From Rhizodiscina lignyota (taxonomy: Eukaryota): a stretch of DNA of 64,000 nucleotides. Location of the stretch: NCBI GenBank assembly GCA_010015805.1, contig ML978133.1:1-64000 (forward strand), written 5' to 3'. The position numbers and the translations under genes were made by a program. Positions within the stretch are counted from its first letter, which is position 1. Every line of letters starts with the position of its first letter. The notes beneath the pieces are model-generated. The model was not told the origin of the DNA and ran no database searches. It saw only the letters and a list, made by a program, of their open reading frames with translations. Shown here one piece after another: positions 58,526 through 64,000 of this stretch.

Positions 58526-61012
58526 TCATCTTAAGCTTTTCCTCAATCTCGACCGAGTCATCGTCTTCTGCGTGCTCTGTGCTTTGGTCTCATTCTCGGC
58601 TTCCTCCATGCTTCTCTTCAGATCCGACTCCACGTCCCATCCGTCCAGAAAGCCACTGCAGTCATTTACAGCGGCATCAATATCCATATCCGCGTCACCG
58701 CCAATCCCAAAGTCTAGACTCATGGTTGATTTATCTACTCTTTGCGCATCCTGTGAGTAGTTGTTGACGATTTGGGGGCCATTTCTATGTTTGGCACCAA
58801 TGCCTTTGTTAAGGATGGTGTCGCGGTGCGTGGTTGAACCGGAGGCTATAATCGATGCTGCTTTGACAGTGGAAGCACTAGGCTTGACCGAAGGTCGATC
58901 CGCCTGAGAGGAGCGCAAAGCTGATGCCTGCCGAAGAGACTTTCGCGATTGTACACTGCTGGCATCTCTACTTCGTGTCGCCGCATTCCTGATCTCAGAG
59001 ATTGATGTCGTCTCATCCGCAGCACCGCTGTCAGGATCGCAAACGACAAGTGTGTCCGCATTGTCATGGGGAACGTTATCCGCAAAGCCCGCTCTCTTGC
59101 CATCTCGATTCGGTTGTGGCTTCTTTACAGTACTAAATGCCAATCCTTGCGCGGCATCGAGCAATTCTTGTGTACTGATAGGAGCTTCATCTCTCGGGGG
59201 TGTTCTGAATGCTCGAAACGGTGTGATAGGAGTCAACGAAGGAGCGTTATCATGAACTAGATCATCGCATTGTTCACTATCATTGCCGTTTGCCGTTGAA
59301 GTGACGTGTGTCGAACAGTTGATGGGCGAAATGTTTTCTTGGAACGCTCGCTGCGCCTCAAGAATCGCAGCCTGCGTGGAGAAGTCATCGTCATTGACGC
59401 GCTCGGCATCCGGGTCTTCCACTTCCACACCGAAGTTGCGCGAAGATATTGTTTCTGTATGTGCTTCATTTGACGTTGGTTGTTGTGCAAGGGAGGTAGT
59501 TGAGTTTCTGACAGCCTTCCGAAAGAGGGTTGTAGTATCTTTAATCGATCCATTGAGGTGATGAGCAATTTGCTTCTCAGTGATCGGATCTGCGATTCCC
59601 TCATCGCTCTTTGGAACTGCAGTGGCTGTGCCAAGTTTGGTTTCACTCAGGCCTTTATGCTGCACGGTTGGTGTTGACGCGAAAGACAACTTTCTTCGCT
59701 TTCTGTGCTGTGGCAGACTTTGAGATGGCTTCAGCAGAGCGTTCTTCTCCTCACCAGCACCAGCATTTGGTGGAGAATCCGTAGCTCTTCTATATGCGAA
59801 ACCTTGAGAAGAGGTCGAGTTCGGATAGAGCTTCACGTCTGTACTTCGCTTAAGCTGAGCTGATCGTTGCACTGGAGCTCGGAGGGAGTCCCCACAGCGT
59901 TCGGCAGAATGTAGATATTCCATTTGAAATGAGCTGTGGACATGCTCGTTATCCGAGTACGTTTGTGCATCTTTATTGGCCTCCGCTTTGAGTGGCTCTT
60001 GAGAAATAAGCTTTGACGTCATGGTCTTCTCTTCTGTAGATATATCGGGGCGCTTGTTAATCGGAGTGAAGCCTCCTTGATATTTGTTAGGGGAAAGCAT
60101 CTCTCCAGATGCAAGCCTGCCTTGAGATGACTGCCTAATGATTGCATTCACTGCAGGGACGTTGTTCGCTAGCACCTTCGATGTGTTTCCAGGCACCTTT
60201 GGTGATGGAAGTGTTTTTGGATCGGTCTGTGCTAAAGTCTCTTTGATGCTATGAGCTTCAAAGGCTTCCTCGTTATTCAGCGTAGTCGCGTGCAGCTTAA
60301 GAGAGGTTGCATCACTGCTGGTACGCAGTTTGGCTGGTGACTGTGGCTTGTTTGATAGAGTGGGCGGAGAGTCTTTCTCCTCCGAAGACTTCACTGCTAC
60401 GGACAATGGATCTCTCATCTTCTCCTTCTTTATTTTGACTTGGTCTCTCGTTCGCTGTGTCCGCTTCGACGGAGATTCTTCGCCGTGTACCAGCCGCTTC
60501 GAAGCCTGTTCTACTGATCGCTCCGGTGTCATTCCTTCGAAAATGCGACTCTTCGGCCCACCATTGCGCGTTTTGAGCCAGTGGTTCGTATACCCTTCAG
60601 CACCAATCGACGTTGATTCTCTATAACGCGCCTTTTCCGGAGACGTTGAGGAAACCTTTCCGTAACTCATATCCTTCAGCGACTGCGCACTATCAACAAT
60701 CTCCGGTTCCACTGCTCTCCTCTTCCTGTGACCTTGTGTCGTTCCATGGGCAGTCTCCTTTGTGCCTCCCCTTTTCCTCCATGGATTGTGCCATCTCTTG
60801 TCAAATGGTCCCATCAATGCTGCAGACTGTATGTACAGCGGCATATCCTTCAGGCATTGTCTCGCATGTTCTTCCACCCTCCTCCTCTTAGCAGCCCTTT
60901 CCGCTCCACCAAGCTCAACATCTGGATCTGGGACAAGAATCTCGTCGTTGCTCGGTGGTTCCAGATCTACTTCGATCTTTTGGTTTGCGCAGTAGTCCAG
61001 TATGCTCGGCAT
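58526..61012 (-). CDS. Large low-complexity hypothetical protein of a conserved fungal family (often auto-labelled 'protamine P1-like')
   Basis: About 828 aa from ATG 61012. KRRRVEEHARQCL...PLYIQSAALMGPFDKRWHNPW, FSTQAAILEAQRAF, ISTQEL, FSTVKK, FLDGWDVE blocks. Confidence 0.7.
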   Translation of the reverse strand: MPSILDYCANQKIEVDLEPPSNDEILVPDPDVELGGAERAAKRRRVEEHARQCLKDMPLYIQSAALMGPFDKRWHNPWRKRGGTKETAHGTTQGHRKRRAVEPEIVDSAQSLKDMSYGKVSSTSPEKARYRESTSIGAEGYTNHWLKTRNGGPKSRIFEGMTPERSVEQASKRLVHGEESPSKRTQRTRDQVKIKKEKMRDPLSVAVKSSEEKDSPPTLSNKPQSPAKLRTSSDATSLKLHATTLNNEEAFEAHSIKETLAQTDPKTLPSPKVPGNTSKVLANNVPAVNAIIRQSSQGRLASGEMLSPNKYQGGFTPINKRPDISTEEKTMTSKLISQEPLKAEANKDAQTYSDNEHVHSSFQMEYLHSAERCGDSLRAPVQRSAQLKRSTDVKLYPNSTSSQGFAYRRATDSPPNAGAGEEKNALLKPSQSLPQHRKRRKLSFASTPTVQHKGLSETKLGTATAVPKSDEGIADPITEKQIAHHLNGSIKDTTTLFRKAVRNSTTSLAQQPTSNEAHTETISSRNFGVEVEDPDAERVNDDDFSTQAAILEAQRAFQENISPINCSTHVTSTANGNDSEQCDDLVHDNAPSLTPITPFRAFRTPPRDEAPISTQELLDAAQGLAFSTVKKPQPNRDGKRAGFADNVPHDNADTLVVCDPDSGAADETTSISEIRNAATRSRDASSVQSRKSLRQASALRSSQADRPSVKPSASTVKAASIIASGSTTHRDTILNKGIGAKHRNGPQIVNNYSQDAQRVDKSTMSLDFGIGGDADMDIDAAVNDCSGFLDGWDVESDLKRSMEEAENETKAQSTQKTMTRSRLRKSLR

Positions 61013-61382
61013 ATTTAAGTGTCTCAACGATTGGTTCTGAGCAGGCGTCTTAATTGGTGTTTCGGCCCATCTCGTATGGGATGCCTGGCGCTCGCTTTCG
61101 ATGGCGGACGCCGCATGAGCGATCGTGCGTCGTATTGGCGGCTTCGTTGTGGTTGCAATGGGGCAAGGTCGAGAAAGTTAGTCGAATATACCCATAACGT
61201 ATATGGAGACACGTTTTTCAAATCGCCAGGGCCATGTTCGCGACTTTCTCGACGACATCCATCTACGATTTGGGTGGGTTTCAAGACGCTAGAGCCGAAC
61301 GCCACACTAGCGGTTGGCCGGGTGACGGCACACAACGAACCCTGATCGTTGCACAAGAGCCGCATGTGGACTTTGAAGATTC

Positions 61383-61394
61383 AAGACGCGTCTT
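61383..61394. promoter_or_regulatory. MCB-like element (ACGCGT) within the palindrome AAGACGCGTCTT in a divergent promoter
   Basis: Seen directly between the divergent ATGs at 61012 and 61586. An SCB-like CACGCGAAA lies near 61567. Function is inferred. Confidence 0.35.
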
Positions 61395-61585
61395 ATTGTT
61401 ATGAGTATGCCAACAGACCTTCAATTGAGAGCCGCGCTCGCTCGCCAGTCTCGGTCACGTCTATCTGTAGCCGACGACGACTTCTGCGCAGGATAGTCGA
61501 TATCAACATCAACACTAAACATCATATCACGCCAGCGCCGCACAATCGACGACACCTCCACGCGCACACGCGAAATCCCATCACA

Positions 61586-64000
61586 ATGAGTGTCGACTGG
61601 CTTGATAGCCTTTCAGAGGATTGGGTATCGGAACCGCGATCATCTTCGCCCTCGAATATCGCGGCTGGCAGGCGCTCACAGACACACGAAACAACGCGAA
61701 GTCGAATACCCCAGTACCGAACTTCCTCAGGCGCGTACCCATCGATGAAATCGGCGCAGAACCATGGCATGGGATCTACGCATATAAGGAGCGAGAGCGT
61801 GCTGGTGGAGCGGAGTGCAAGTCGCGGCAATATCCAATCTCCAGCAATCGCAGATTCTCAACAGAAGGATTCGGCACAAAGACGCGGACTCACGCAGCGC
61901 TCAATGTCTGAGTGTTCACAAAATTCAGTAGTGCGCCATGGTGGAACGGAGAGGAAAGCTACCAGCGTGTCGCCTGCAAAGGATCGCGGGAAGTACGAGA
62001 CACCCGAATGGAAGCGACGACTGGTGCAGGGAAATATTGGCTTGGATCGGGTCGACCTCTTCAGCCCCATGGGCCTGGAGAAGATGTTTCAGAAGCCACC
62101 TGGAGACACAATTGATAAGGGCAAGAAAGTCTCTAGGAAACAGTCGGTGCTCAAGAGCCTGGAAGAGATGCCGTCGAGTCCCCCGCTCTGGTTGGCGAAG
62201 CAGACAGGGGAGAACTCTGAACCATTTACGGATGGGACTGGACTTGATCCTGTGAGAGAGTCAGACGCTGAAGACTCTACAGATGGCAAAGGAATGCATT
62301 CATCCGAAGCAGGCAGAATACCATCGCAGGCACAGGACGACAGTCCGAAGCGCAAGACTAGCCAGCAGTCAGAAGTCTTGAGCGACGATTTCAGTCCCGT
62401 ATTCATCTCGAAACACAACGATGGTCACGGCAGGATCGAGTATGCTGCCCTGGACATGTCTAAATCGCAGCTTGAAGAGGAACTAAAGAAGCTCCATACT
62501 TCGACGCAGACAACCTCAGAGATGATACCACCAATACACACAACCGTTGCCGAAAACGACCAATCAACAGTGAGCGACACGCTTCCAACAGATCTCCCTG
62601 CTGGTACACCGGATGTCGTGCCCATTGGAGAGTACGTCAGTGTTAAACGCGGTGGACGCTCTGCTGATGGCTCTTTCCGTAGACGACCACTGAGCCCATC
62701 GCCATTAGCACGTCCACCAACTGCGCAGAATGATGAATCTTTCACGGTAGACTCAACGCAGCTTCGCAGCGATATCGGCAGTGATGCATATATCCCACCT
62801 CCTGCGCCTACTCCACCGGTTACTGCTACTCCGACTCGCCCACGGCAAGGAGACTACCTTAGTCCAACCAGAAATCAGTCCTCTCTTAGCCCACTGAAGC
62901 TGTTTGGAGCTCACGACACGTTTACTACAAACAGACTGCAGCGAAGGATGAGCCAGATGGAGTTGAATGACGAGCAAGGAGAAAATCAACATAAACTGTC
63001 TACGCAGAGAGAAGCGTCTGAAGAGCCGCCACATGTGACGGAACCCAATTCGCGAAAGACATCGAACACAAGCAACTTCGGTCAAGGAGAGCTAAACGAG
63101 TATCCATTTCCCACTGAAATCTCGGTGCTCTCCCCATCGTCCCGGCAGGAAGACGAGGGTCTTGTGCGCAGTCGCTCGCCCTCACCGTCGATGCACCCAC
63201 CTGGTGCCAGAGACCCGTTCAAGTTCCGCGTCGAATCCGGCTCCTCCGAAATGGAGGATACATTCAAAAATAAGCGTAAACATTCTAAGGCCTCTTCTCG
63301 AAGTTCTCTTTCTATAGCAAAGCGCAGTGTCGACAATACGCAGAAGTCTAGAAAGCCTTCGCAACTCAACATCATCACCAGCTTCAACGGATCCGACGAA
63401 CCTGCAGTGCCAAGTTTTGTTTCCGAAGGCAAGCGTCCTCCCACGACTCCGTTCAAGGACCCAACTCCAAAGCGTCGCCGTACACTCGTCTGCGCAGATG
63501 TCGAGGATAACATCACTGATCCACCAGGAGAATCAATCCGCGACAGTCATAACCGCATGCAATCAATTATCGGCCGCAAGCGCAAGGATGCGCGACATTC
63601 AAACACTTCTAATCTAGCCGATCCTGATGTCCTCGCGAGGCGACATATTTTGCGGCCACGGAATCCTACGCCGAGTCAACGGCGGCGGGAAGAGATAGAA
63701 CAAGAGGTTCTAGAAGTCACAGAGGCTTACTTGAACAGCTCTCCGCGACTGGAGGCGATCCGTGAACACCTTCAAGTGCCAGAAATCATTGAACCTGGCA
63801 GTGACCTAGATGCAGCGGAGCAAGAACAAGCAAGGGCTGTGGCCGAAGAGGTTGCTGCGTTCAGTGTAAGAATCGCCAGAGGCATGAAGGATGATGGGCG
63901 CAAGAGAAGTGTCACGACGCAAGACTTTTTGGATGAGGCCATGAAGATCATGGACTTCATCAGGACCAAGGGACGACCAACAAGTGGGCTTGGAAGCCTG
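61586..64000 (+). CDS. Septation-initiation-network scaffold Cdc11/Nud1/SepK-like protein, 5' part, truncated by the window end
   Basis: Apparent open frame from ATG 61586 to the window end (start and end are in the same frame; 805 codons). MSVDWLDSLSEDWVSEPR, TPEWKRRL, DLFSPMGLEKMF, SPLKLFG..DTFT, RKRSVTTQDFLDEAMKIM. The expected LRRs would lie beyond the window. Confidence 0.78.
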   Translation, partial: MSVDWLDSLSEDWVSEPRSSSPSNIAAGRRSQTHETTRSRIPQYRTSSGAYPSMKSAQNHGMGSTHIRSESVLVERSASRGNIQSPAIADSQQKDSAQRRGLTQRSMSECSQNSVVRHGGTERKATSVSPAKDRGKYETPEWKRRLVQGNIGLDRVDLFSPMGLEKMFQKPPGDTIDKGKKVSRKQSVLKSLEEMPSSPPLWLAKQTGENSEPFTDGTGLDPVRESDAEDSTDGKGMHSSEAGRIPSQAQDDSPKRKTSQQSEVLSDDFSPVFISKHNDGHGRIEYAALDMSKSQLEEELKKLHTSTQTTSEMIPPIHTTVAENDQSTVSDTLPTDLPAGTPDVVPIGEYVSVKRGGRSADGSFRRRPLSPSPLARPPTAQNDESFTVDSTQLRSDIGSDAYIPPPAPTPPVTATPTRPRQGDYLSPTRNQSSLSPLKLFGAHDTFTTNRLQRRMSQMELNDEQGENQHKLSTQREASEEPPHVTEPNSRKTSNTSNFGQGELNEYPFPTEISVLSPSSRQEDEGLVRSRSPSPSMHPPGARDPFKFRVESGSSEMEDTFKNKRKHSKASSRSSLSIAKRSVDNTQKSRKPSQLNIITSFNGSDEPAVPSFVSEGKRPPTTPFKDPTPKRRRTLVCADVEDNITDPPGESIRDSHNRMQSIIGRKRKDARHSNTSNLADPDVLARRHILRPRNPTPSQRRREEIEQEVLEVTEAYLNSSPRLEAIREHLQVPEIIEPGSDLDAAEQEQARAVAEEVAAFSVRIARGMKDDGRKRSVTTQDFLDEAMKIMDFIRTKGRPTSGLGSL

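Noticed and set aside
58526..61012. Literal protamine function
   Set aside because: The protein is over 800 aa and not Arg/Cys-rich. The label is an annotation artefact.

Overview
Intron-containing DNA from a filamentous ascomycete (Pezizomycotina), mostly gene-dense core genome with about 24 protein-coding genes. Housekeeping genes: PRP31 and CLF1 head-to-head, WHI2, RIC1, HIR1 and CWF19 head-to-head, a GT15 mannosyltransferase, a PPR-like protein, and a Cdc11/Nud1/SepK-like scaffold running off the right edge. Metabolic or accessory genes: a DHA1 MFS transporter, a secreted beta-lactamase-fold hydrolase, a 2-hydroxyacid dehydrogenase, a GST, an SDR, a PNPOx-like protein, an acyl-CoA dehydrogenase ending in SKL, a Zn2Cys6 transcription factor, two paralogous F-box-like genes and orphan ORFs. 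The ORF track misses two complete genes, recovered here by manual splicing (a 5-exon DUF866 gene and a 91-aa putative stress protein), and also the ORF truncated at the right edge. Most notable observations: (1) an ATG-free in-frame N-terminal extension of WHI2 with a PPxY motif; (2) several long introns that fold by eye into extended hairpins; (3) an apparent GA-AG intron in the small stress gene; (4) a GC-AG intron supported by paralog alignment; (5) a degenerate tandem repeat with RIP-like changes beside an orphan zinc-finger ORF. No rRNA, tRNA, CRISPR array or intact transposon was recognised. All family assignments come from motif recognition and recall, and all RNA structures from complementarity seen by eye. 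No searches or folding were run.
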